From a virus (taxonomy: Duplodnaviria > Caudoviricetes), in the IMG/VR virus record IMGVR_UViG_3300046528_000120, positions 1-64,000 of that record: a DNA stretch of 64,000 nt. One strand, 5' to 3'. Within the stretch, counting starts at the first letter, position 1, and each line of letters opens with the position of its first letter. The notes beneath the pieces were generated by a model. That model was not told the DNA's origin, did no database searches, and worked only from the letters and a program-made list of their open reading frames with translations. Below are positions 9,231 to 17,938 of the stretch, one piece after another. Position numbers and translations under genes: made by a program.

Positions 9231-10755
9231 CCCGCGAGCCGCCGCGCCCGCTGCAACCGGTATCCAGATGGTGGATACCTACAGCCTCACCCCGGACAAG
9301 ACCAACCCCCGAAAGCCGGACCCGGCCCGCCTGGGCTTGCTGCGTCTCTCGATTGCAAAGCTAGGCTTCTTAATGCCGGTATTTGCGGCGAAGTCGACCG
9401 GACTTCTGCTGTCAGGTCACCAGCGTCAGACCGTCTCGAAGGAATTGGAATTGCCGCAAATTCCGGTGATGTACGTGGACATCAAGGACGATGACATTGC
9501 CGGCGTCAACATCCTGTTCAACCGCACCACCAACGACTTCGGCGCGTTCGACACTGGCTCGGATGCCAAGAACAAACTCGACATCGAAGCGGTGATCGCA
9601 GCGGCTGAGGAATTGCCGGATGCGGACCCGGACAATCCTTTTGCAATCAATTGCAAGATGGAGACGATTGCACCGATCCTGGCCGCGAACAGCGATGCCT
9701 TCAACGACAAGGCCGCCAGCCAAGCCCAGGCGATCCTGCGGATGGGTATCAAGATTCCGGCCGTGGTCTCGAAGTCAGGCGTGATCGTCAACGGCGTCCA
9801 CCGTTTGTTCGGCGCAGCCGGCGCCGGCATGACCGAGTGGCCTATCGTCCGCGTGCCGGATCAGATCGCCAGCGTCGCGACCAACTTCCTGAACTACCTG
9901 TCGATGGACTTCCACGTCGACGACGACTTCAAGGCGCTGATTCGTCACTCGGCCTACCGCCGCCCGCAGAACAACCGGGGATCGCTCGGTAAGTCGTATC
10001 GGTTCTGGGCGAATGGTGAGCGCACCCTGATGGACCGTGACAGCTACGGCCCCGAGTTCTTCGCCAAGTTCCGTGACATCCACGGCCAGACCATGCTCGA
10101 CTTCGGCGGCGGCCTGTGCCAGTCGGCTCCGTACCTGCGTGAGAAGGGCTTCGACGCCTACGACTTCGAGCCATTCCGCATCGACCCGGATAGCGGCGTG
10201 GGCGTGCCATCGCCGGACTACTCCAAGCGCAAGGCCAGCGAGTTTTTGCAATCAATTGCAAGCCCGAAGCTGAAGTTTGATTCGATCTTCCTGTCCTCGG
10301 TCCTCAACAGCGTGCCGTTCGCGGAAGACCGCCTCGTCGTCCTCGCCATCGTCCACGCGCTGTGCGGCCGGAACACCACGGTGTATGGCACCTGCCGCGA
10401 CATCTCCGACTTCAACTACGAATACGGTGGCATCCGCAAGGCCAACTACTTCACCTTCGATACGGAACCGGGCGTGCGCGTGGGCGACGTGATGCGCAAC
10501 CCGAAGATTCAGAAGTTCCACACCAAGGAAGAGGCCAAGGAGATGTTCCACCGTTTCTGGAAAGAAATTGATTTCTGGGACGGCGGGAATGTATTCTACT
10601 GGCGCCTGCGCGCACCGATGGGATTCCGCCCTGACGTGGTAAGCAAGGCGCTGGAGCTGGAGTTCGACTTGCCGTACGCCGATGGCACCACGATGGGGCT
10701 GGTGGCGGAAGCCAAGAAGGCATTCGGCCGGCGCCTGGGCGTGACCTTGAAATAG
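9211..10755 (+). CDS. Tandem ParB-like domains fused to a class I SAM-dependent methyltransferase-fold domain
   Basis: NPRK…GFLMP…LLSGHQR; a second ParB-like IPAVV…IVNGVHR; MTase motif I MLDFGGG, YDFEPF, FDSIFLSSVLNSVP. Confidence 0.85.
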   Translation: MRTVRRNPRAAAPAATGIQMVDTYSLTPDKTNPRKPDPARLGLLRLSIAKLGFLMPVFAAKSTGLLLSGHQRQTVSKELELPQIPVMYVDIKDDDIAGVNILFNRTTNDFGAFDTGSDAKNKLDIEAVIAAAEELPDADPDNPFAINCKMETIAPILAANSDAFNDKAASQAQAILRMGIKIPAVVSKSGVIVNGVHRLFGAAGAGMTEWPIVRVPDQIASVATNFLNYLSMDFHVDDDFKALIRHSAYRRPQNNRGSLGKSYRFWANGERTLMDRDSYGPEFFAKFRDIHGQTMLDFGGGLCQSAPYLREKGFDAYDFEPFRIDPDSGVGVPSPDYSKRKASEFLQSIASPKLKFDSIFLSSVLNSVPFAEDRLVVLAIVHALCGRNTTVYGTCRDISDFNYEYGGIRKANYFTFDTEPGVRVGDVMRNPKIQKFHTKEEAKEMFHRFWKEIDFWDGGNVFYWRLRAPMGFRPDVVSKALELEFDLPYADGTTMGLVAEAKKAFGRRLGVTLK

Positions 10756-10763
10756 GAGATGCA

Positions 10764-10922
10764 ATGCCTGAGATGAACCCGTACAAAGAAGGCTACGACG
10801 CCTTCAAAGCTGGCAAGAAGCGTAACGACAACCCGCACCACATGGCGTCGAGTGCGCATGATGCGTGGCATGACGGCTACGACGACGCCGAACAGGAGGC
10901 AGCGGAAAGCAACACTAACTGA
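10764..10922 (+). CDS. Small Rmf/CrpP-fold-like protein
   Basis: MPEMNPYKEGYDAFKAGKKRNDNPH…AWHDGYDDA (52 aa, below the ORF-track cutoff); AGGAG RBS. Confidence 0.55.
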   Translation: MPEMNPYKEGYDAFKAGKKRNDNPHHMASSAHDAWHDGYDDAEQEAAESNTN

Positions 10923-11012
10923 AATTGTGTCCACCAATTGTGGACGAGCAACGTTTCCTTGCGGTATTCTGTGGCCTGTCAATCCCCCATCGAATACTGC
11001 AAGGAGACTTCC

Positions 11013-11420
11013 ATGCAAGACCAGCAAAATCAGCAGGCCGGCGCTACCGTAGTCCTCGCTGAAGGCGACCGCATTATCTCTGGCAATATCACCGCCAGCC
11101 AGATAGCGGCCCTATCCCTCCCTACCCTGCCCCCGATGTATCCCATCACTGGCGCACGTACCCTCTCCGAAGAGGAAGTCGCGCTGATGAACGAGATCAA
11201 TCACATGGGAGATCAGGTGCACGCCCTCATCGAGAAAGTGCGCGGCCTGCACATGACCGACATCGCCCGCAGTCACGGCAACCTGGAAGACGGCAGCAAG
11301 ATCAGGGAACTCGCCCGCCTCGTCGAGCAGGGCCAGCACTGGCGCATGCGCGCCGTCGACGATTTGCAAGCCGGCTTCATGAAGCTGAAGCGCGCCGTCG
11401 CGCGTCCGACCAATTTCTGA
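11013..11420 (+). CDS. acb2: Acb2-like nucleotide-signal sponge (anti-CBASS family)
   Basis: ITGARTLSEEEVALMNEI…HW…DLQAGFMKLKRAVARPTNF matches the Acb2 pattern I.GYR.LS.EEI..MN…W……D.Q.G.M…RA.A.P..F; AAGGAG RBS. Confidence 0.78.
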   Translation: MQDQQNQQAGATVVLAEGDRIISGNITASQIAALSLPTLPPMYPITGARTLSEEEVALMNEINHMGDQVHALIEKVRGLHMTDIARSHGNLEDGSKIRELARLVEQGQHWRMRAVDDLQAGFMKLKRAVARPTNF

Positions 11421-11436
11421 TTGCAATCAATTTCAA

Positions 11437-11634
11437 ATGCTAAAAATCTGCATATACACGGTTGACGGCACTGTAGAGGTTCGCGAAGTATGCGATGCCC
11501 AGCAGGTCATCGGTCTGCACATCATCGGCTACTTTCCGGTGCCAGGAGTTGTACCCGATACGCCTCAGAACCGTGAACTGATGCAAACCATTGATCGGCG
11601 CATCGCGTCGCGCAATCCACGTCTGAAAGCCTAA
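11437..11634 (+). CDS. Hypothetical protein
   Basis: Short ORF between the 16-bp motif and the cmoA-like gene. Confidence 0.45.
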   Translation: MLKICIYTVDGTVEVREVCDAQQVIGLHIIGYFPVPGVVPDTPQNRELMQTIDRRIASRNPRLKA

Positions 11635-11637
11635 GAT

Positions 11638-12372
11638 ATGAACGCCCCTGTACACTTCCCGGCTAACCCGGACAAATTCGAGTTCGATGCTGAAGTCGCC
11701 AAGATTTTCCCGAACATGGCGAAGCGCTCGATCCCGAACTATGAGCAGTTCCACGAGCTGCACGCTGGCATCACCGCCCGCCTGTTCCCGAACGATGGCG
11801 CGCGCATGCTCGACGTTGGCGCATCCCATGGCGCGTTCTTCCAGCACCTGTTCCGCCAGTTCTGGCGTGGCAACGATGCAGTGCCGAAGTACGAGCTGAC
11901 TGCCATCGACACCTCGCCGGCCATGTGCGCCACGCTGCGCACCTTCTTCCCGCAAGCAAAGGTGCTCGAAGGCGACATCACCGACGCCCGCGTCCAGGTC
12001 TTGCTGGCCGAAGCCGGCCCGTACGATGTCGTGAATGCCACCTACGTCATCCAGTTCATCCACCCCGATCTGCAAAAGCGCACCCTTCGCTTCCTGGCCA
12101 GCCTCGTGCGCGAGGGCGGTATCCTGATCCTGGGGCAGAAGGACAAGATCAGCACCTCGCCGCTGAGCGCCCTCGTGAACGAGCGCTATATCGACTGGCG
12201 CGTCGACAACGGCTATACCCGCAAGGAGATCGACGCCAAGACCCGCGCGCTCCAGAACGCCATGTGGCCGATGTACCACGATGTCCTGATGGAGACCCTG
12301 ATGCACCTCTTCCGCGACGTGCAGCAGACCACCCGCACCTTCATGTTCAACACCCTGATCGCCTACAAGTAA
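11638..12372 (+). CDS. cmoA: CmoA-like carboxy-S-adenosylmethionine synthase / class I MTase
   Basis: FEFDAEVAKIFPNMAKRSIPNY, LDVGASHG, AIDTSPAM, EGDI, IQF, GGILILGQK, NGYTRKEIDAKTRALQNAM and FMFNTLIAYK are colinear with CmoA over the full length. Confidence 0.82.
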   Translation: MNAPVHFPANPDKFEFDAEVAKIFPNMAKRSIPNYEQFHELHAGITARLFPNDGARMLDVGASHGAFFQHLFRQFWRGNDAVPKYELTAIDTSPAMCATLRTFFPQAKVLEGDITDARVQVLLAEAGPYDVVNATYVIQFIHPDLQKRTLRFLASLVREGGILILGQKDKISTSPLSALVNERYIDWRVDNGYTRKEIDAKTRALQNAMWPMYHDVLMETLMHLFRDVQQTTRTFMFNTLIAYK

Positions 12373-12373
12373 C

Positions 12374-13261
12374 ATGCCGACCGACGACAATATCCAACCA
12401 GGGCCGCAGCGCATCCTGCGAGGCCGGCGCCGTGCGATGGGCGCGGGCAGCTCGACTCGCACCGAATCGCTGCGCACCAGTGCCGAGCCGGATGAGATCG
12501 ACGATGTGATCGACCCGCATCAGGCCCATGATCGCATCGTGCGCGAGGTCCGTACCCGCCCGATCCCGACCAGCAACCCGCCGCAACTGCCGCCGCCGCA
12601 AGCCGCTGCGCGCCCGACCCAGCGCAATGCGCCACGCAACGAAGGCGACATCCGTGATCCGCGCGACCGCATGGAGCAGGTGGCGATGGCCGGCAGCGAA
12701 GCGTATTCGCGCGAGTACCGCCAGACCGTGATCGGCCGCATGCTGATGCGCGGCATCCCGCTGGATCAGATCGCCGTCGAGCTGGGTTGTTCGGTCTCGA
12801 CCATCGAGAAGGACCGCGCCGCCTGGAAGCAGCGCTTGCGCGAGAGCGCCCGCCAACTGGACATCAACGAGATCATCGGCGGCCAGAGCGCGATGTACAG
12901 CGAGCTGTCCAGCATGGCGTTGCGCGTCGCCACCAACGGTGACACTCCGACCCCGATGCGCCTCGCCGCCATGCGCACCACCCTGGCCGCCGAGGCAGAT
13001 CGTACCCGCTTCCTGAATACGGCCGGCGTCTTCGATGTCCTGCGCTACCGCAAGTCGGAAGACGGCACCGATGTGTCCGATGTCCAACTGCTGATGGGCC
13101 GCACCGACGAAATGATTCAACGCCTGTTGGTAGACGAAGCACCACCGGCCCGCCCGGCGCGCGTCAACCGCACCCCGCCCCGCCGCGCTGGCGGCTTCGC
13201 TCCGATGACGATGGACGACCGCGCCGCCAGCAGTGGCGATGCCGAGAACGTCGAGCTGTAA
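12374..13261 (+). CDS. Terminase small subunit (HTH)
   Basis: HTH GIPLDQIAVELGCSVSTIEKD; immediately upstream of the large subunit. Confidence 0.7.
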   Translation: MPTDDNIQPGPQRILRGRRRAMGAGSSTRTESLRTSAEPDEIDDVIDPHQAHDRIVREVRTRPIPTSNPPQLPPPQAAARPTQRNAPRNEGDIRDPRDRMEQVAMAGSEAYSREYRQTVIGRMLMRGIPLDQIAVELGCSVSTIEKDRAAWKQRLRESARQLDINEIIGGQSAMYSELSSMALRVATNGDTPTPMRLAAMRTTLAAEADRTRFLNTAGVFDVLRYRKSEDGTDVSDVQLLMGRTDEMIQRLLVDEAPPARPARVNRTPPRRAGGFAPMTMDDRAASSGDAENVEL

Positions 13262-13282
13262 ATTGAAATTGATTGCAACGAC

Positions 13283-15253
13283 ATGGAAACCTTAGAGAAG
13301 ATCAAGAAGTGGGTCAACAAGAAGCTGACCCAGCGCCAGGAACGGTTCCTCGCCGAGGTGCGCGCCCAGGCCGATGAGCTGCAAAACAAGATGTTCGCCG
13401 ATATGTACTATGCTTCGGTGGAGCAGCGCTTGCGCTACGGCGACGACACCCTGTTCCGCTTCATGAATGACCTGGAGCGCACCCCGGTCGACATCGAGAC
13501 CTTCCTGGATTCGCCCGAGTTCCTGGGAGCGACCGACATCAGCATCTGGCCCGAGGTGCGCCAGACCCTGATCGACATCAACGGCAAGTGGTGGACCGGC
13601 ATCGACCGCGAGCGCTCCGGCGCTGCCTACAACGGCGCTACCCTGATGGGCGCCACCGGTACTGCGAAGTCGACCATCTCCATGATCTCGACCATGTACC
13701 ACTGCTACCTGTGCTCGTGCCTGAAGAACCCGCAAGCATGGTACGGCCTGCCGAAGAACACCTCCATCGTGTTCGCGATCATGGCAGCGAAACCGCACGT
13801 CATGAAGAAGGTTATCTACGTGCCGATGCGCAAGTACATTACGCAGATGCCGTACTTCCAGAAGCACATGATGCCGGACAAGCTGATCGAGTCCGAGATG
13901 TACTTCGTCGAGAAGAACATCCGCATCGTGCCGGCTGGCGGCGACGAAGACGCGATCCTGGGTGAAGCAATCATCGGCGGCATCGTCGATGAAATTAATT
14001 TCATGAACGTGGTCCTGCGCTCGAAGAAGGCCGAAGTGACCAGTGGCCGCGCCGGCATGTACGACCAAGCCGAGCAGGTGCACTCGACCATGACGCGACG
14101 TAAGCGTGGTCGTTTCACACGCCCCGGCCCGATGATCGGCATCGTGTTCGCTTCATCCTCCACCCGCTACAAGGGCGACTTCACCGACAAGCGCAAAGCC
14201 AAGGTGGACGATGGCACCCTGAAGTCCGAGTTCATCTACAACCGCCGTCAGTTCGACGTGGTGCCGCAAGAGCGCTTCAGCGGGGCCAAGTTCCGCTTCA
14301 TGATCGCCAACGATGCCCAGCACGATAGCCGCGTCCTGCGCGACGACGAGACCAGCCCACCGGGCGCCTGGGTCATCGAAGTGCCACGCGAATACCTGGA
14401 CGACTTCCTGACCAAGCCGTACGACGCCATGCGCGACGTGCTCGGCATCTCGAACAATGCGCTGTCGCCGTTCATCAAGACCCGCCACAAGGTCAGCGAG
14501 TGCGTGGAAGCCGGCGAAGCCTACGGCCTCGAATCGTTCCTGACCCGCGACCACGTCATCCTTGGCGAGCATGGCATGCCGCGCGTGAAGCAGGACCACT
14601 ACTGCATGAATCCGTCGCGCCCGCGCTTCGTGCACATCGACTTGTCGCGCAACGGTGACCGCTGCGGTATCGCCATGGTGCGCTTCGAGGGCATGATCGA
14701 AGTGGCGCGCGGCGTCTCCGGCAAGAACGGCCAGCCGCTCCGCGAACTGCTGCCGGTCGGCGTGGTAGAGATGGCTTGCACCATCAGCCCCGATGCCAAC
14801 AACGAGATCGACGTAGCCGAAGTGCGCGCCTTCGTGCGGCACCTGAAAGACAAGTATGGCTACCCGATCAAGGCCGTCACCTACGATAACGTGGACAGCC
14901 GCGAATCCATCCAGCAGTGGCGCAAGTCGGGCATGCGCGCCGGCCAGCTCTCGGTCGACCGTGGCAGCGCTCACTACAAGCAGTTCCGCGATGCCATGTA
15001 TGACGTGCGCGTGTTGCTGCCGGATGACAGCCTGCTGATCACGGAAATCCTCGACCTCGAATACGACGAGGACAAGGACAAGGTCGACCACCCTGTCCAT
15101 GGCACCAAGGACTGCGCCGACGCCGTGTGCGGCGCGTACTGCTCGATGCTTGAACGCAAGTCGACCTGGACCGCAGCCGCCAGCGATGACCAGCATTTCG
15201 TCGAGAACCAGCGCGCTGTCTTCGACGACCGTTTTGATGAACCCCGCCGTTAA
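13283..15253 (+). CDS. terL: Terminase large subunit
   Basis: Walker A GATGTAKS, Walker B GGIVDE, RNase H-like FVHIDLS…D, DHPVHGTKDCADA. Confidence 0.92.
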   Translation: METLEKIKKWVNKKLTQRQERFLAEVRAQADELQNKMFADMYYASVEQRLRYGDDTLFRFMNDLERTPVDIETFLDSPEFLGATDISIWPEVRQTLIDINGKWWTGIDRERSGAAYNGATLMGATGTAKSTISMISTMYHCYLCSCLKNPQAWYGLPKNTSIVFAIMAAKPHVMKKVIYVPMRKYITQMPYFQKHMMPDKLIESEMYFVEKNIRIVPAGGDEDAILGEAIIGGIVDEINFMNVVLRSKKAEVTSGRAGMYDQAEQVHSTMTRRKRGRFTRPGPMIGIVFASSSTRYKGDFTDKRKAKVDDGTLKSEFIYNRRQFDVVPQERFSGAKFRFMIANDAQHDSRVLRDDETSPPGAWVIEVPREYLDDFLTKPYDAMRDVLGISNNALSPFIKTRHKVSECVEAGEAYGLESFLTRDHVILGEHGMPRVKQDHYCMNPSRPRFVHIDLSRNGDRCGIAMVRFEGMIEVARGVSGKNGQPLRELLPVGVVEMACTISPDANNEIDVAEVRAFVRHLKDKYGYPIKAVTYDNVDSRESIQQWRKSGMRAGQLSVDRGSAHYKQFRDAMYDVRVLLPDDSLLITEILDLEYDEDKDKVDHPVHGTKDCADAVCGAYCSMLERKSTWTAAASDDQHFVENQRAVFDDRFDEPRR

Positions 15254-15275
15254 TAACTGAGAACAAGGATTTGAC

Positions 15276-16244
15276 ATGAACATCGAAGACCAATACCTGC
15301 AACTGGCGGAACGCATCCTGATCAGCGGGGAGGTGCGGCCGAACCGTACCTCGACTCCGGTCAAGGGCAGTTTCAGCGCGGTGCTCGAACACGACATGCG
15401 CCGTGGCTTCCCGCTGCTCACCACAAAATCCATCCGTTTCGAGAAGGTCATGGCCGAGCTGTGCGGATTCCTTGCCGGGGCCACCAGCTCTGCGGATTTC
15501 CGCGAATTTGGGACGAAAATCTGGGATGAAAACGCCAATGAGAACGAGGACTGGCTGAAGAATCCGCACCGCATCGGCACTGACCATCTCGGCCCGATCT
15601 ATGGTCACCAGTGGCGCAAGCGCGACTCCATCAAGCTGATCCGCCACAGTGAGCCGAACTTCGCCGAGCGCATCGACGCTTACGTGGCGGTCGGCTACCA
15701 TGTCGAAGGCTCGTACGTGGCCGACGAGAACTCGAAGCGTGGCGCAGGCGGCACCGTTGTGCTGTACAAGCAGATCGACCAGATGCAGGAACTGATCGAC
15801 ACCATCAGGCGCTCGCCGTTCGGTCGCCGGCATATCGTCGACGCCTGGAACCCGAGCGATCTGGCCGAGATGGCGTTGCCGCCATGCCACATGATGTTCC
15901 AGTGCTATGCACGCGGCGAGTTCCTGGACATGCAGATGTACCAGCGCAGCGCCGACCTGTTCCTGGGCGTGCCGTACAACATCGCCAGCTATGCGGCACT
16001 GCTCAGCGCGATCTGCATGGTCACCGGGCGCCGGCCGGGCCGCCTGATCCTGGTCCTCGGCGACGTGCACATCTACTCGAACCATGTGGCGCAGATGAAG
16101 ACGCAGATCGACCGCCAGCCGCGCGCCCTGCCCGAACTGAAGATCAAGTTCGAGGACCACATCGACAAGCTGACCCCGGCGCACTTCATGGTGGAAGGCT
16201 ACAAGCCATGCGGACCGCTGCCGGCGACGATGGCCAACAACTGA
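15276..16244 (+). CDS. thyA: Thymidylate synthase (long form)
   Basis: NRT, GFPLLTTK, LGPIYGHQWR, GRRHIVDAWN, ALPPCH, YQRSADLFLGVPYNIASY, DVHIYSNH. Confidence 0.97.
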   Translation: MNIEDQYLQLAERILISGEVRPNRTSTPVKGSFSAVLEHDMRRGFPLLTTKSIRFEKVMAELCGFLAGATSSADFREFGTKIWDENANENEDWLKNPHRIGTDHLGPIYGHQWRKRDSIKLIRHSEPNFAERIDAYVAVGYHVEGSYVADENSKRGAGGTVVLYKQIDQMQELIDTIRRSPFGRRHIVDAWNPSDLAEMALPPCHMMFQCYARGEFLDMQMYQRSADLFLGVPYNIASYAALLSAICMVTGRRPGRLILVLGDVHIYSNHVAQMKTQIDRQPRALPELKIKFEDHIDKLTPAHFMVEGYKPCGPLPATMANN

Positions 16245-16257
16245 AATTGATTGCAAC

Positions 16258-16602
16258 ATGAACAGCCTGACGCGGGAACAGAAGGACCAGAACTTCGAGC
16301 AGTACCTTGCGGTTCTGGTCGATGACGATGAGTTCAACGACGATGAGATGGAGGCGATTGTCACTGACTTGCGCGCGCACCGCGAGCTGTTCCTATGCGA
16401 GGTAGCAGAGTTCTATCGGGGCGAGAAGCTGGTCGGCACCTTCCCGACCTACGGCCTGTTCTCGCGGGCCGCCCCGAGCTACCCCATAGAGGCCGACGAC
16501 AGCATCGCCGAGCTGACCCTGGGCATGGACCGCATGGGAATCCAGATCAGCTACAACCTGTTCGACCGTCTGCAATCGTGGGCAGGTCGCGCGCGAAACT
16601 GA
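16258..16602 (+). CDS. Hypothetical protein
   Basis: ORF with phage codon use after thyA. Confidence 0.65.
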   Translation: MNSLTREQKDQNFEQYLAVLVDDDEFNDDEMEAIVTDLRAHRELFLCEVAEFYRGEKLVGTFPTYGLFSRAAPSYPIEADDSIAELTLGMDRMGIQISYNLFDRLQSWAGRARN

Positions 16603-16801
16603 TCGTGGGCACAGCGCCATGATAACTGTATAGGTGTTCAGTAAATTGTGTCCATGCCGCTGTTGCTCTGCCGCCTGATAGCTGGCATACTGACGCTGCT
16701 TTTGGACATCTGCTGAGTGGTTGTGGCTTCGGGGCCACAGTGCTGCCGCCTGCGGAACTTGTGCCCTGCCCTGGATTCAAGGTCAAGCTGATGTTTGACT
16801 G

Positions 16802-16825
16802 ATGTCCTCGGCGGGGCATTTTTTT
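16802..16825 (+). terminator. Rho-independent terminator
   Basis: ATGTCCTC-GGC-GGGGCAT followed by a T run. Confidence 0.55.
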
Positions 16826-16947
16826 GATATGCGCATGCGCGCGCCTTCGCCATTAGCCGGACCCTTCCCAGAACTGTCGCACCGCGCCGCTCGTGTCGCC
16901 CTATCATGGATGCTCTTGCAATCAATTTCACCTCGAAAGGGAAAATC

Positions 16948-17241
16948 GTGTACTCCACCAAGACTCTTGGCTTTCGCCTCTCCACTGATGGTCTCAGCGC
17001 TGTCATTGCGGATGACGACCTGAGCGATGTCGGCGAACTGCGCGGTACTGTGCCGGAAAATGTACTCGCGCTGTCGGAAGAAATCCGCTCACGCTACAAT
17101 GCCCCTCTGATCGTCCTCGGACGCCTGGAAGAATTCCGGGGCACTTCGCCGCTGTGGGCCACCATCTACGAGGGCGAGCACCAGAAGCACACCCTGGATG
17201 AGATCACCGACCTGACCCATTCGCTGCAATTCAAGGGGTAA
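16948..17241 (+). CDS. Hypothetical protein
   Basis: GTG start after the leader module. Confidence 0.65.
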   Translation: MYSTKTLGFRLSTDGLSAVIADDDLSDVGELRGTVPENVLALSEEIRSRYNAPLIVLGRLEEFRGTSPLWATIYEGEHQKHTLDEITDLTHSLQFKG

Positions 17242-17245
17242 CACC

Positions 17246-17476
17246 ATGGCACTGAACAAACGTGAAAAGAAAGCCTTCATCCGCGAGCTGATGGGCAACA
17301 TGCAGAAGAGCCTGCTCGCCGAAGTCGAGCGCATGCCACCCGAGTGGGATGGCATCGAGCTGCGCCAGCTCATCGCCGACCGTGCCAACGCCGCCAACTA
17401 CCTGAGCCACCACCTGCGCGGCCAGACCCTGCGCGGCAAGGCGTACAAGCGCGCGAAGATCGAGCGGAGGCTGTAA
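17246..17476 (+). CDS. Hypothetical protein
   Basis: RBS; coupled to the next gene. Confidence 0.65.
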   Translation: MALNKREKKAFIRELMGNMQKSLLAEVERMPPEWDGIELRQLIADRANAANYLSHHLRGQTLRGKAYKRAKIERRL

Positions 17477-17928
17477 TGACTGTCAAACACATGGCCGCGC
17501 CGTGCGGCTCCTGCCCCTTCACCCGCGCCTCGAAGCCGGGCGAACTCGGCGGCTCCCCAGTGGACATCTACATCGGCCAAGCCTACGGCCCGTTCGTGTT
17601 GCCGTGCCACTGTGCCTGCAACTTCGATGACCCGAACTGGAAGGACAAGTCGCTCGACACCCCGCAGTGCGCCGGGGCCGCGATCTTCCGTGCCAACATC
17701 GGGGTAGCACCGAACCTGCCGGATGCGATCCATGCCCTGCCGGCCGACCGCGAGCGCGTGTTCTCGAACGAAGAAGAATTAGTGGCGCACCATGTCGGCA
17801 TTTCCTACGGGCGTGCCGCCGCCCTCCTTACCCAGACTCCACCTGCGACCCTGTTGCGCCGGGAACTGCGCAAATTCCAGGAAATGCAAGCTGAGAATCC
17901 GAACCCTAACCGTATCAAACCTGTCTGA
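17476..17928 (+). CDS. Cys-rich putative metal-binding protein
   Basis: PCGSCPF…PCH…QCAGA; TAATG coupling. Confidence 0.7.
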   Translation: MTVKHMAAPCGSCPFTRASKPGELGGSPVDIYIGQAYGPFVLPCHCACNFDDPNWKDKSLDTPQCAGAAIFRANIGVAPNLPDAIHALPADRERVFSNEEELVAHHVGISYGRAAALLTQTPPATLLRRELRKFQEMQAENPNPNRIKPV

Positions 17929-17938
17929 AGGAACTACC

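Noticed and set aside
15276-16244. ThyA insertion (52 aa between WR and IDQ) as an intein or sign of a base-modifying hydroxymethylase
   Set aside because: There are no intein termini. The length and pattern resemble long-form (~320 aa) ThyA that I recall from Burkholderiales/Pseudomonas, and the dUMP-specifying Asn in VPYNIASY is kept.
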